Of a stretch of DNA of 64,000 bases, positions 1-10,887 are shown in pieces (positions within the stretch are counted from its first letter, which is position 1; every line of letters begins with the position of its first letter). The notes below the pieces were generated by a model. The model made no database searches and had not been told where the DNA came from. It saw only the letters and a program-made list of their open reading frames with translations. The translations under genes were made by a program, and so were the position numbers. Origin of the DNA: Diplonema japonicum (lineage: Eukaryota > Protista > Euglenozoa: Diplonemea). The stretch spans positions 62,001 through 126,000 of the forward strand of contig OZ025663.1 of NCBI GenBank assembly GCA_964019335.1, written 5' to 3'.

Positions 1-566
1 ATTCTTTGTATTTACCCCCTTTTTTTACTGTACTTTATTGGGTGCATAGGGTGCTGGAAAAAAAAAAAAAAATAGTGTCCAAAAAAATTTTGATTAGGTG
101 ACCACAGCTGGGAAACCTACTTCAAGGAGCATTTTGCTTATCATCACCCAAAATTAGGCCAAAATTCCAAAAATACCATTCTAAGATGAAGCTTGATTTT
201 GTGATTTTCAGGTGGCCATTTAGACCCTAAGGAAAATTCCTAAAGTGATTTTTGAAAGATTTTTTTCAGTCCAAGTGGGGTCAAAACTTTCCATTGGCTG
301 TTCAGAATTCCATTTTCAGGACATTTTTTGTTCAAGGGATTTATTGAAATGTGTTCTTGAAACTGTTGCTTCATCTACAGGTAAAGTAGATAAAAGGTGC
401 AGGTCTTGTCTGTCCAAGGTAGACCAGACCAGACTTGTTCTGATATGTATGCTACCTGCTTTCATGGCACTCACATCAGGTGGATCCCTCTGGTTTTTTC
501 AGACCGTTCCACAGCAGTGTATTCCCACTTCTCTCATCTCACAAAAGAGCTGAACACTGCAATACC

Positions 567-712
567 AAGTGTTGGTCAGTCCTGTCCCATCCCCTAAAAT
601 GGAATATGGGCCTGGATGGGACTCATGGGACTCCATGGGATGGGACTCCACAGGACTCATGGGACTCATAGGACTCTACTGTCATTATTTTTGATAGTTT
701 TGCAACTTTTTC
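567..712. repeat. hAT-like terminal repeat, copy A (inverted relative to 5616-5754)
   Basis: Starts (c)aagtgttggtcagtc, contains a tandem GGGACTC subterminal array and ends actgtcattatttttgatagttttgcaac. It is the reverse complement of 5616-5754 and lies next to a hAT transposase relic. Confidence 0.8.
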
Positions 713-884
713 CCTTAACAACACCAGCCATGGCCCTGGTAACCAAGATTCTGGGCCTGTGTAATTTGTTGCCAGTTCATCACCCTGAGCATCTGCAATA
801 CATTCCTCCACTTGGGCGGAGAAAAGCAAGCCAGGATAGACTTGTGTACCCTTTTTCGCTCCTTTCACTTTCACCCACCTGGGC

Positions 885-975
885 CCCACACCCCTACCTG
901 AGGCCAGGGAGGGAGAAAAAGAAAGGAGAGGGCTTGGCCAGCCAAAAAAAAAAGAGGTTTATTAAAAAAAAATTT
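885..975 (+). repeat. Dispersed repeat, direct copy at ~5930-6008
   Basis: ccctacctgaggccagggagggagaaaaagaaaggagagggc...cagccaaaaaaaa..ggtttatt is shared by both sites; cctgagcatctgcaatac also occurs at both 784 and 6009. Confidence 0.8.
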
Positions 976-1790
976 CATATGCCACCATAGCCATGCCAGA
1001 TGTGTCCCCTTGCACATGTTGCAACTGTGAAGGGTGTGGAAATCTGTATTGTGAATTCCAGCTCTGCCCCAAACCCTGCCTCTATACCTGGAAAGAATTC
1101 TAGGAGATTAAGGATGGACTTCATCGTTTCGAAAAACGAATTCCATCTGGTCTTTGTGTACCTCTTGATCTGTCTCGTCTTTTCACGGCATACTCTATGT
1201 GAGACCTGTATGGTGTGGAGTGCCAACTGCCCAGCTTTCAAGGTCCATCTCTTGATCAGCGTTTTCACTTTGGCTCTAATGTTAGCCAGTTGCTCAATCT
1301 TGAAGATGTCACCAAGGGCAAGTTGCATGGAATGTGCAACACAATGATATGCTAGGACACCTTTGCAACTCAGCATTGTAGTTGTATTGTTCAAAAGCTG
1401 GTCCATTCCAGCAGAGAGCTCAGTGTTGTTGGAGTTGGTGTTGGTTTCAGAGTTGGAGTCAAGGTCAGTGACACCTGAAGCATCACTACTGCTAATGTTG
1501 CTGCTAACATCCTCAGTGTCGTTGAGTGAGAGGTCGAGTTCCACTTCAAAGTCTCAATGTATCTTTGCAAGCACTGCTTGCATCACACTAGCATTATCAG
1601 CACATACTGAAAATACATGTACAACATGGCTCTGAAGTTCCAGTATCATTTCACGGATGTGGGACGAAATGATGGCAGCAGTGGCACTCACTTTTGTGAG
1701 GTCTATCATCTTGCAAAAGTAGCTGTTCTTCCCATCTGACATACTAATGCCAAGGATGCTTCGACGGTTTATTAATGCAACATTTCATCA
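975..1790 (-). pseudogene. hAT-superfamily transposase relic
   Basis: ORFs 1554-1742 and 975-1544 are in the same frame, separated by a stop. They carry the hAT motifs ADNASVM (catalytic D), CVAHSMQL (CxxH) and KTRWNS. Both ends are truncated. Confidence 0.85.
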
Positions 1791-2599
1791 TGGCTGAGGC
1801 CATTCTTGTTGCCAGTCTGGGTAAGGTCTTGTGTTTTCACATATTTCTGTGAGAACACAGTTGATGCCTTTTGCGTTGAGATGTGTCCATCGATGCTGCC
1901 ACTGCTGCTGCTTGTACTTGAACTTTCTCTTTTGCACTTCTTTATTTTATTTTTATTTTTTTTATTTTTTTTTTCAAATGTTTAAACCTTTCTCTTCATT
2001 TTTGTATTGATTTCCTCCTCTTCTTCCTCCTCCTCTAGTTCAGATTTACCTGAACATAGCCCATGCCATGCCATGTTGAGTTGGAGGTCATGTTTCTGGT
2101 GCTTATCCTCTGCACCCCTTTCACCTTCTTCGCTACTTGGCACAGCTTCGGTGTTGGGAACGAAGAACAGAAGCAGAACAAGTACCACAATCATTTTATC
2201 TGTTAATTGTAAAAAATAATACAAAGAAAATGATAAACAAAGGCTAAATACTGTATAAATACACATCGACTCTGACAGCAATGCAACACAATGTGAAGCA
2301 ACATGATGTGTTTTCTGTTCACGTTTCATTCACTTGACACAAAAAATGTGAAGTAACACAACACAACACACCAAAGTGTCGTTTTATATTGTACCATACA
2401 GTGTATAAAATATTTTCTGTGTCGAAATTTCTAAAAAAACTCCCAGAAGGGCTGCCCCTTTCATAACTGAAAGTTAGATTTTTTCTTCTTCTTTTTTTTT
2501 TTTTTACATAATTTGTGTTGTACTTTTGTCATGATAAGGAATACATGCCAGGTCTTTAATTTTTTTTTTCTTTTTCTTTTTTTTGCATTGTACTTTTCT

Positions 2600-2660
2600 T
2601 GCAAGCCTCTTTTTAATATTTTTTTTTCAAAGCTGGTCCCCAAACCCCCAGACATTTTTT
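2600..2660. repeat. Short repeat, inverted copy at 5521-5580
   Basis: tgcaagcctctttttaatatttt..tcaaagctggtccccaaacccccagacatttt is the reverse complement of aaaatgtcagggggtttggagacctgctttgaaaaaaatattaaaaagaggcctttgca, with a few mismatches. Confidence 0.75.
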
Positions 2661-4859
2661 TTAACCATTAAAGGACGAAGTGCTAGATATCTAGATATCT
2701 AGTGATCAAAAAATTAAAATTTTTGTATAGGCATTTTAAGTACCATAGACCCTTATCCTTGCACAGAATGACCTAGTTCCGCGATTTCTTTTCCATCGAA
2801 AATCACTTTTGGCCCCTAGATTAACCTCCAAAAACACCCTCTAAACCAGTTTTTGGTGGCACGAAAGCTCAGATGAGCAGTACTGATTCAGACGAGTTCG
2901 GGAGTGCCAAAGGGGACATTCTCACTGACGATGGGACCTCACCTAGTGTTAGTAGTGACGAGAAGAGTGAAAATATGCCCTGGGAGAGCGATATTATGCA
3001 GGTTACGCGTAATAAGTGACAGGGCAGAAATCACCCTTTTCCCACATGAGTGCATCAAGGATTTCCAAGCTGTTCATCTCAATGGGGTTTGTGAAATCTC
3101 TTTGCACCGTTTGCAAGGACCACAACCCCGACTTTGACTTCACTGTGGACGATATCTATCAGTTTCTGGCCTTGTGGGTGCTCATGGACATCATCTGCAA
3201 GGCTGGCATAAAAGATTACTGGCCGACCATTTGTGCCCTCACCACACCTTTTTTTGGCAAGTGTAATGAAACGTTACTGCTTTTGCACTTACAGCGGTCA
3301 TTGCATTTTGGAGGGGTGAAGAGACAGACAGGTTGCAAAAAATAAGATTCTTGCTCCCCTACCTGTCTGCAACACTATTCCCCCGGAGAATCGATCATTG
3401 ATGAGAGTATGATCAAGTCACACGGTAGGCATCGCTTCAGAGTATTCCAGCCTGCAAAGAGGACAGGTGAGGCTGTGCACCGGACAGGATCTGACACAGG
3501 GTCGTGTTCAACTTGTCGATCTACTGTCCGCAGTGCTAATACCATTGTAAAAGCGTGAAAAAGCAATCAAACACAGCACCGTGGGCCCCGATGTGAGGTA
3601 TCTCAGCACTTGGCATATTACCTTCCCATTTGGTGAAGGATCGAGGTCATTGTAGGGGGGTGCTGGTGTTTGGGAGCCCTGACTCGCGTACAGGATTGGT
3701 GTCCCACGTGATCACTGCAGAAGCACCAATGCTTATGATGCCAAAAAAGGACAACATGGCGACCAGAATGTCTCGGCGGCGGAGCTCTGCTTCGAGCTTC
3801 TTGTCCTGCAGCTCGAGCGCGACAATGAAAGCTCTTACAACGTTCTCCCGTATCTCCTGCGGTGCCTTCAATGGCGTCTTGCTTGACATGAAGTGAACGT
3901 CGTGCTCAGTCTGAAAGCGCACCCCACGTGACTTGTCGATGCCACTATTCGTGTCCACCTGGTGGATGGCTCGGCATCGGTAGCGTTCCCCTTGTACCCC
4001 GGCATCGATAACTTCTGTACTGGCGTTACCCTTGTACAACAGATGTGGGAATCGGGTTTGTGGTGGAAACAATCCGAGGAAAGTCCAGTCAATGGTGGTA
4101 ACAATCCGAAGAAAACCACCAGAATGTACCTAATCTTGCCCCAGTGAAGAAGCAAGTAGGCCCAGGCAGGCCCATAACAACGGGTTCGCGATGAGCGACA
4201 ACAGCTTTTCGACTGTTATGCGCCAGTCCGGAAACAACTGCCCAGCAAGCACCCGTTCTGAAATGGGGACCGAGGGCCCCAGGGAAGATGCCAGGCGCGA
4301 CTTCACCAAAGGTCACTGGTCCAAAAAACTGGATGCAGCAAGACAATGCACACCACATGCGTGTTTTGGGGGTTCGGGTGCAAACTATCTTCATCTGCAA
4401 GGCTTGTAACGTGCATCTGTGCCCAGCTTGCTTTGCGGACTATCACGAACCAGTGGTTTACCCACCCCAATCTACCCCCTCTGGAGGCCCGGCCACACCG
4501 AAGAAACGCCTAAGGTACCAGCGTCTCCAAACACATACCCTTCTCCCCAGGTCGTCATCTGAGCCAAGTCCCAAAAGCAAAACCCCCCCTAGCACCCCGA
4601 GGCCCAAGCGAAAAAAGTAAGGAAGTGTCTAACCTATGGGTGGGTTTTTACAATAAATTTCACTTCAATTCCTTATTCTATTCACTTCCCAGGGCCTTTG
4701 AGGGGCGTCTGGGGGTGTTTTTTGTCCCTCCTGGGTGATGTATTTTCTTTTACACAAGCGTCGTTCTATGGTTGCATGCTTGAGGATGTTTTAATTTTAG
4801 AAAATAAAAAAGTCGATGGTGACCTATCGCGCCCAAAAACCCCGTCCTTTAATGGTTAA
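2661..4859 (+). mobile_element. piggyBac-family DNA transposon with intact ends
   Basis: TTAA(2661-64)+CCATTAAAGGACG(2665-77) ... CGTCCTTTAATGG(4843-55)+TTAA(4856-59): a perfect 13-bp TIR and TTAA target duplication, with internal transposase motifs. Confidence 0.93.
2873..4620 (+). pseudogene. Decayed piggyBac transposase
   Basis: Fragments in different frames: acidic N-terminus, FLALWVLMDII..IKDYW, IDESMIKSHGRHRFRVFQPAK, IDNFCTGVTLVQQMWESGL and C-terminal CKACNVHLCPACFADYH. Multiple stops, frameshifts and deletions. Confidence 0.85.
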
Positions 4860-4944
4860 TTTTTTTTTTGCAGAAAGGTTCGATCAAGAGATAGATTGAG
4901 ACTCTTCAGGCGTCTTGCCACATACCGCAGGTACCCTTAAATGT

Positions 4945-4947
<3 letters not shown>

Positions 4948-4979
<32 letters not shown>

Positions 4980-5491
4980 CTTTTTTTTTTTTTTACATAG
5001 TCACAACAAGGTAGTATGAGCCTTGCCTAAGATCCCACCCAAACCTAGGACCTCTTATTTTGAACTTTTGAAACCAAAAGTACCAAAAAAATGCAAGCCC
5101 CAGCCTAAATTTGGGTCTTTGTGACACAAAAAACACAAAGAAATTTTTTGGTCCCAAGAGTCCCCTGAGTCCCCTCCAGACCCCTGAAAATTTCAGGGGA
5201 CTCCTGTCCTGTCCCTTGGAGTCCCCTGAGTCCCTCAAGGGTCTGGACCAACACTGCTCAGGGGACTCCAAGGAACAGGACAGGAGTCCCCTGAAATTTT
5301 CAGGGGTCTGGAGGGGACTCAGGGGACTCTTGGGACCAAAAAATTTCTTTGTGTTTTTTGTGTCACAAAGGCCCAAATTTAGGCTGGGGCTTGCATTTTT
5401 TTGGTACTTTTGGTTTCAAAGGTTCAAAAAAAGAGGTCCTAGGTTTGGGTGGGATGTGAGGCAAGGTTCATACTACCTTGTTGTGACTGTG

Positions 5492-5524
<33 letters not shown>
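4948..5524. repeat. Long near-perfect palindrome (foldback)
   Basis: Arms ~4995-5230 and 5257-5491 are reverse complements with only a handful of mismatches, separated by a 26-nt spacer and extended outward by poly-T (left) and poly-A (right). Confidence 0.95.
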
Positions 5525-5526
<2 letters not shown>

Positions 5527-5576
5527 TCAGGGGGTTTGGAGACCTGCTTTGAAAAAAATATTAAAAAGAGGCCTTT

Positions 5577-5615
<39 letters not shown>

Positions 5616-5619
<4 letters not shown>

Positions 5620-5754
5620 GCAAAACTATCAAAAATAATGACAGTGTTGGGGAGAGTCCCATGAGTCCCGTCGAGTCCCGTCCCGTGGAGTCCTGTGAGT
5701 CCCGTCCAGGCCCGTATTCCGTTTTAGGGGATGGGACGGGACTGACCAACACTG
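5616..5754. repeat. hAT-like terminal repeat, copy B (MITE-like, CAGTGTTGG...CCAACACTG)
   Basis: cagtgttgg at 5642 and ccaacactg ending at 5754 enclose a GAGTCCC array. No 8-bp TSD found. Confidence 0.75.
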
Positions 5755-6165
5755 CCCTGGCTGGGGTTGAGCTGTACATCACATGCATTAAGGACACGGC
5801 GTGGAACGCAGAAGAAGCAAGCCACAACTCAGCTGCGGTGCACCCCCCGTTCCGCCAAGTTCCGACTTTTCAGTTTGGCAGAAGGGAACGGAACGACCCG
5901 CCCCTGCTTTCACTCCTCTTCTCTTCTCTGGGCCCTACCTGAGGCCAGGGAGGGAGAAAAAGAAAGGAGAGGGCCTCAGCCAAAAAAAAAGGTTTATTTA
6001 AAAAAAACCTGAGCATCTGCAATACGTTCTTCTACTCGGGTCCTCAGGTCCCTGGCCTGGGGGACCTTGCTAACACTGCTCTGTCCCTTAAGAACTTCAC
6101 CTCTATGAACAAGGGACACACTGTGAAGGGTATGGTTATCTGAAAGCCCTTCTAGTATAAAGCCT

Positions 6166-6196
<31 letters not shown>

Positions 6197-6464
6197 ATCT
6201 CAACATCCCTGATTTTATTTACATACACTTCACACTTTCTCCTCATTCTGAGCAACAGAGCCTCCCAGCACCAGAGTATCTAGAGATGTTCGAAATTGTT
6301 ATACTTCCACTGTGCTGACACAGTCGCAAAGGTAGCATTCTGTACTTTAGTTTTGCACCCAGTTTTGTTTCCTCTTGTTTCAAAACCCCTTAAGTTGGTT
6401 CTTCCATTCAGAAACGATCACCAAGGACAGAAATTCACAAGAAAAATATATTTACAGGAAGAAA

Positions 6465-9400
6465 ATGCAGTTCAGTACACCCGGCCACCAAAAAGAGAAG
6501 GCCTCTGTAAGTGCTAAGAAAGAACGGGAGATTCGACGTCAGCGAAAGCGAGGCGATGTGGCAGTCACGAAGATCATAGTGTGGTGGCGGGGTATTGTGG
6601 CAGGTGTCAAGGGCGCAGAACGTCTTCAGAAGGAGTACGATGAGCTCTTCTTGCAATACTTCCCAGATGAAAGCTGTGTCAATACTCTGAAGCTGAAACC
6701 TCTCAAGGTGCCCATTCCCGATGGTGATGCTGTCCTGTCACTGTTGGTCCATTATATGAGAATCCCCATCAAGGCCCGACGGCGAGAATCGCTCATGACC
6801 TTAGTCCGGGTGGTCACAATATCTTTAGGAAGACAGACTGCCGCCCAAAACTACGCTGCCTCATACTTCACCAAGCAGTGCTTGTGGATGGCAGTGACGC
6901 AGAGGCTTGTGAGGGGTGCTGTGGCCATCATGGCAGGCGGTGCACAGGGGGCAAACAAAGTGTGCTTTGGAAGCGGGCTGAAACTGTTGCTCGACCTCAC
7001 GAACTTCCAAAGTTGGACGTTCCTCAAACAAGAGTCTCAAACAGCCCGTGTTGCAATGCTGCAGAAATTGACAACAGAGGTATTACCAAGTCTTCTAAGC
7101 TGTGTTACTCTTGCCCCTTTTCCGGATCTCGTAGTGAGGCACTTCGAATCGCCTCTGTACTCGGGTACAGCCGATGATGTCCTTACAACGGGGTTGATGA
7201 CTCTGTGCTGCAAGGCGAGTGCGTCCTCCCGTTCTGCCACCTTGAGTGTCAGCATGTTTAGCTGCATACCTAATTTCAGTGCGCTCTTGCCTGAAGACGC
7301 GCGAACTATTTTGCTGAGGAACAAGAAGTACTGGGAACTGCTGTTTCAAGCCTCTTCGGGGTTGTGTGCCGGCCCATGTGCAACTCCTAAATGGCCAGCA
7401 GCTACACTAACGTGTAATATATTGGAAATAGGAAAGAAAGCTGTGCAGAAGAATCCAGAACTCGGTCCTTCCTGGTGCCGCTGCGTGTCGCAGCTGATGG
7501 AGTCCATCCCTGCGAGGTCGGATATGGTGCGCCTCATAGAGGCCAATGACGTCGTTAGCGCACAACTGCAGACTCTGTGGGACCCTGGTACTGTTGCCTT
7601 GCTGTTTCCTGGATTGCTGGAAGAAAAGACTCTTGTTAGATCCCACACTAGCTTCTTATTTGGCCAGATGAGAATGAGGAGCGAGGTAGGAAATTGTGAA
7701 ACTACGGTCACGGCAGCACTTGCTGTCCTCTGCATGAGTTGCCCTCCCACTTGGGAAGAACTGTTTAATGTCCCTGCTTGGCTTCCTTCGTGCAGGCTGT
7801 TCAACGGCTTGGTCTACTCATGGGACACCAGGACAGCCATTGATACACTCTCTTCGCACCCATACCTTCTGAACGCCGTGTGGAGCCATATCTACTGCCA
7901 CATAAAGAAATACGAGACATATGTAGACGGCCAGTGCAGCGATGAGGGCCTGGGTGAGGTTCTGCTCCTGTTCCTTCATTGCTACGACAACGTGCTGCAG
8001 GTGACCGACGATAAGGAGTTCTACGACATGCAACGCCCCTTTTCATTGACCACAGTGGCCTACATGATTACACTATTTTCAAAGTTGGCGTTCCGGCTGA
8101 TGTGGGACGGGATAGCCGACACCAAGGCTGCAGTAGGCGCGTTTGCAAAGCAAAAGGGCGGCCTCGAAACACGACTGTTGCTTCTGAGCAGGTCTTTACT
8201 CCAAAAGTTAAACCAGCGCAATACGAGGAAGACTTTCTGCCCTGAGTCAAGCTGGCTCATACCAGAGTTCAAGCAATCGAGGGATTTCAACTTCACAGAC
8301 GTGCTCAAGTACTTGAAGGAGAACACTCATAACAACCCATTCGAGAACCTGTTTGGGGTCCTTAGGGAGCTAAGCTCAGAAATGCTCCAGTCAAACGACC
8401 CCCTCGAACGACACTTCGGTGATATCTTTGGGAACCTCAGAAACCTGTTCTCTGGTCTGCACGAAATCTATCGCCATCCCCGGAGACAGGAAGCCACCAC
8501 AGTGTCTTCGAACGAGCATCTGCTGAGGTATCAGTGCCTCATACGGCCAATGCCCTTTGTTATAGCTTACAAGGAAAGACTCGAGTACTTGAGGTGCCTA
8601 ATCGAAAGGGATAGGGAATCACATCACGCGTCGGATGTCAAGTTCCCAGTCACAGTGCGCAGGACGCACGTGCTGGAGGATTCTGTGAAGGAGGTTGCGA
8701 GGCTTGATGCTGCGGGTTCTGTGCACCTCAAGGCACAGTTGCACGTGAAATTCTTGAACCTTGAAGGGCTCCCTGAAGATGGGATCGATGAAGGGGGCTT
8801 GTTCAAGGAACTACTAGAAATTGTGATCAAGAAAGCCTTCTCGCCCGAGCTAGGCTTCTTTATTGAAACCGAGGATAGAGCGCTGTACCCGAACCCCAGC
8901 AGCAAGCAGAACACCGTGATCCATGGCACGCATCTCGACTTCTTCAAGTTCCTCGGCCGCGTCCTTGCAAAGGCCGTGTACGAGGGTGTTGTTGTGGATG
9001 TTGTTTTCGCGGAGTTCTTTCTGAACACGATGCTGACGCAAACCAACAACCTCGGCGACCTGGCAAGCTACGACAAGGAACTCTTCCGGAACCTGCTATC
9101 TCTGAAGGACATCCATGACGTTGAGGAGCTGGACCTGAACTTCGCATTGTACGACCCGACAAGTTGTTCACACGTACAGCTGGTGCCGAATGGGGAGAAC
9201 ATTGTTGTAACACACGCCAACTTGTCATCGTACCTACGGCTGGTCACTAATTACAAACTGAACTTGCAGTTTGTAGAGCAGTCTGCCGCCTTCGTGTCTG
9301 GGTTCCATGAGATCCTCCCACCGTCGATGCTGGCACTCTTCGATAGGAATGAGCTGCAACAGCTTATCAGTGGCTTGGATGGCTCATTCGACATCCTCGA

Positions 9401-9737
9401 GCTACGGGGCCACACCCGATACGAAGGCTACACACCGGACGCGCCTGTTATCAACTTCTTCTGGGACGTCCTATCTGAGTTTAGTGACGCACAGAAGTCT
9501 GATTTTCTGCGATTTGTGACCTCCTCAGCTCGTCCGCCCCTCCTTGGTCTCGGCCATATTACACCCCCTTTTATGATTCGTGCCGTTCCCACTGACTCTA
9601 GTACATACGTGGATAGGCTGCCGTCTGCTTCTACTTGCTTCAACCTCCTGTGTCTGCCCTTGTACCCCACAAAGGAGAACTTGAAGGATAAAATCCTCTA
9701 TGCCATCACTTCGGGCACAGGGTTCGAACTTTCTTGA
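6465..9737 (+). CDS. HECT E3 ubiquitin ligase, UBE3B/UBE3C-like
   Basis: N-terminal IQ-like motif (KIIVWWRG). HECT motifs EDGIDEGGLFKE, FKFLGRVLAKAVYEG, FLRFVTSS, RLPSASTCFNLLCLP and C-terminal GFELS. ATG 6465 follows acceptor tttacag. Intronless. Confidence 0.93.
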   Translation: MQFSTPGHQKEKASVSAKKEREIRRQRKRGDVAVTKIIVWWRGIVAGVKGAERLQKEYDELFLQYFPDESCVNTLKLKPLKVPIPDGDAVLSLLVHYMRIPIKARRRESLMTLVRVVTISLGRQTAAQNYAASYFTKQCLWMAVTQRLVRGAVAIMAGGAQGANKVCFGSGLKLLLDLTNFQSWTFLKQESQTARVAMLQKLTTEVLPSLLSCVTLAPFPDLVVRHFESPLYSGTADDVLTTGLMTLCCKASASSRSATLSVSMFSCIPNFSALLPEDARTILLRNKKYWELLFQASSGLCAGPCATPKWPAATLTCNILEIGKKAVQKNPELGPSWCRCVSQLMESIPARSDMVRLIEANDVVSAQLQTLWDPGTVALLFPGLLEEKTLVRSHTSFLFGQMRMRSEVGNCETTVTAALAVLCMSCPPTWEELFNVPAWLPSCRLFNGLVYSWDTRTAIDTLSSHPYLLNAVWSHIYCHIKKYETYVDGQCSDEGLGEVLLLFLHCYDNVLQVTDDKEFYDMQRPFSLTTVAYMITLFSKLAFRLMWDGIADTKAAVGAFAKQKGGLETRLLLLSRSLLQKLNQRNTRKTFCPESSWLIPEFKQSRDFNFTDVLKYLKENTHNNPFENLFGVLRELSSEMLQSNDPLERHFGDIFGNLRNLFSGLHEIYRHPRRQEATTVSSNEHLLRYQCLIRPMPFVIAYKERLEYLRCLIERDRESHHASDVKFPVTVRRTHVLEDSVKEVARLDAAGSVHLKAQLHVKFLNLEGLPEDGIDEGGLFKELLEIVIKKAFSPELGFFIETEDRALYPNPSSKQNTVIHGTHLDFFKFLGRVLAKAVYEGVVVDVVFAEFFLNTMLTQTNNLGDLASYDKELFRNLLSLKDIHDVEELDLNFALYDPTSCSHVQLVPNGENIVVTHANLSSYLRLVTNYKLNLQFVEQSAAFVSGFHEILPPSMLALFDRNELQQLISGLDGSFDILELRGHTRYEGYTPDAPVINFFWDVLSEFSDAQKSDFLRFVTSSARPPLLGLGHITPPFMIRAVPTDSSTYVDRLPSASTCFNLLCLPLYPTKENLKDKILYAITSGTGFELS

Positions 9738-10077
9738 AAAAATGAGAGGGGGGAATGGGAAGAGGGGAAAAAGGGAGGGGTGGCGGTGGTGTTTTTTTTT
9801 TAAAGTTACGTTTTGTTTTTTTTTTTTCGTTCCTTACCTCCCTGCTTCCCCTGCCTTTGAGCTTATTAACATAGCTTGGTCGTCTTGTACAATCTTTGTC
9901 TTTTCGGGTAGGTTTGACAATGGCGTTTCTTTTCTTCTTTTTTTGGGGAGGGCTGGGGAAGTGGCATACTGCTGGGAATGTTATTGGTCAGGTGCACCGC
10001 TGGCAAACACAAAACAGAATAGGACATAAGACAAAAGGGAGAAAGGAAAAAAAAAAAAAAAAAAAGAGAAATTAAAA

Positions 10078-10772
10078 ATGGTTTTCTTCTACACCCTTGC
10101 ATCAGACCCGAGCATGCTGTGTTACGTGGGGAGAGATAAGTATGAGAACGAAGAGCTGATCAGGTGGGGGTGGCCTGAGGATGTGTGGTTCCACGTTGAC
10201 GGGCATTCGAGGTATGAAGGTGGGCAACACGAACATCAACACGCACAGTGCGCACATATACGTGAGGCTCCCGAGAGGGAAGACGATAGACGACCTGACA
10301 GAGGCTGTCATCGAAGAATGCTGCCAGTTGACGAAGGCAAACTCCATCGATGGCTGCAAACTCAGTAATGTTAAGGTGGTGTACACACCTTGGGCGAACC
10401 TGAAGAAGACCGCAGGCATGGACCCAGGGCAGGTATGTGGCACACCACACCACAATGCACACCACTCAGGTTGGGTTCTACAAATCCAAGAGCGTGCTGT
10501 CCTATGTGGTGTCCAAGAAGAAGGCTGACATCATCAACCCCTTGGAGAAGACCAAGACTGAGCGACCGGTTGACTTGCAAGCCGAGAGGGAACAGAGGGA
10601 TAAGGAGATCCAGCACGAGGAGAAGATGCGTCTTGTGGAGAAGAGGGAGCAGGAGAAGCTCCAGCGTGTGGAAGACAAAAAGAAGTCCGACCTGAAGAAC
10701 TACGTGGGCTTCATGGACACCTCGAACATGACGAGCAACCAGGACCCAGTCGACCTCGATGACTTCATGTGA
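10078..10772 (+). CDS. CCDC25: CCDC25 (NFACT-R domain) protein, 3 exons
   Basis: [63 protein letters not shown] is restored by removing two 37-nt GT-AG introns, 10212-10248 and 10433-10469. Confidence 0.93.
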
Positions 10773-10887
10773 TCCCTGACAACCACCTTCTACCCTCTAC
10801 CACCCCCACCCCCTTTGTTTCTGGCTACTTATCATCTGTGTTATTACTATTAACCCTCATACCATACTATACCATCCCAACAGTCAA

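Noticed and set aside
612-680. GGGACTC tandem array (also 5650-5705) as a CRISPR-like array
   Set aside because: 7-10 bp units with no unique spacers and no cas genes; these are typical transposon subterminal repeats.
3647-4072. 141-aa minus-strand ORF as a captured cargo gene in the piggyBac
   Set aside because: No recognisable domain, and the opposite strand carries the transposase DNF motif within the same interval.
567-5754. One intact 5.2-kb hAT element bounded by repeat copies A and B
   Set aside because: No 8-bp TSD, the two ends differ greatly in CpG decay, and related fragments occur in other orientations; more likely a jumble of copies.
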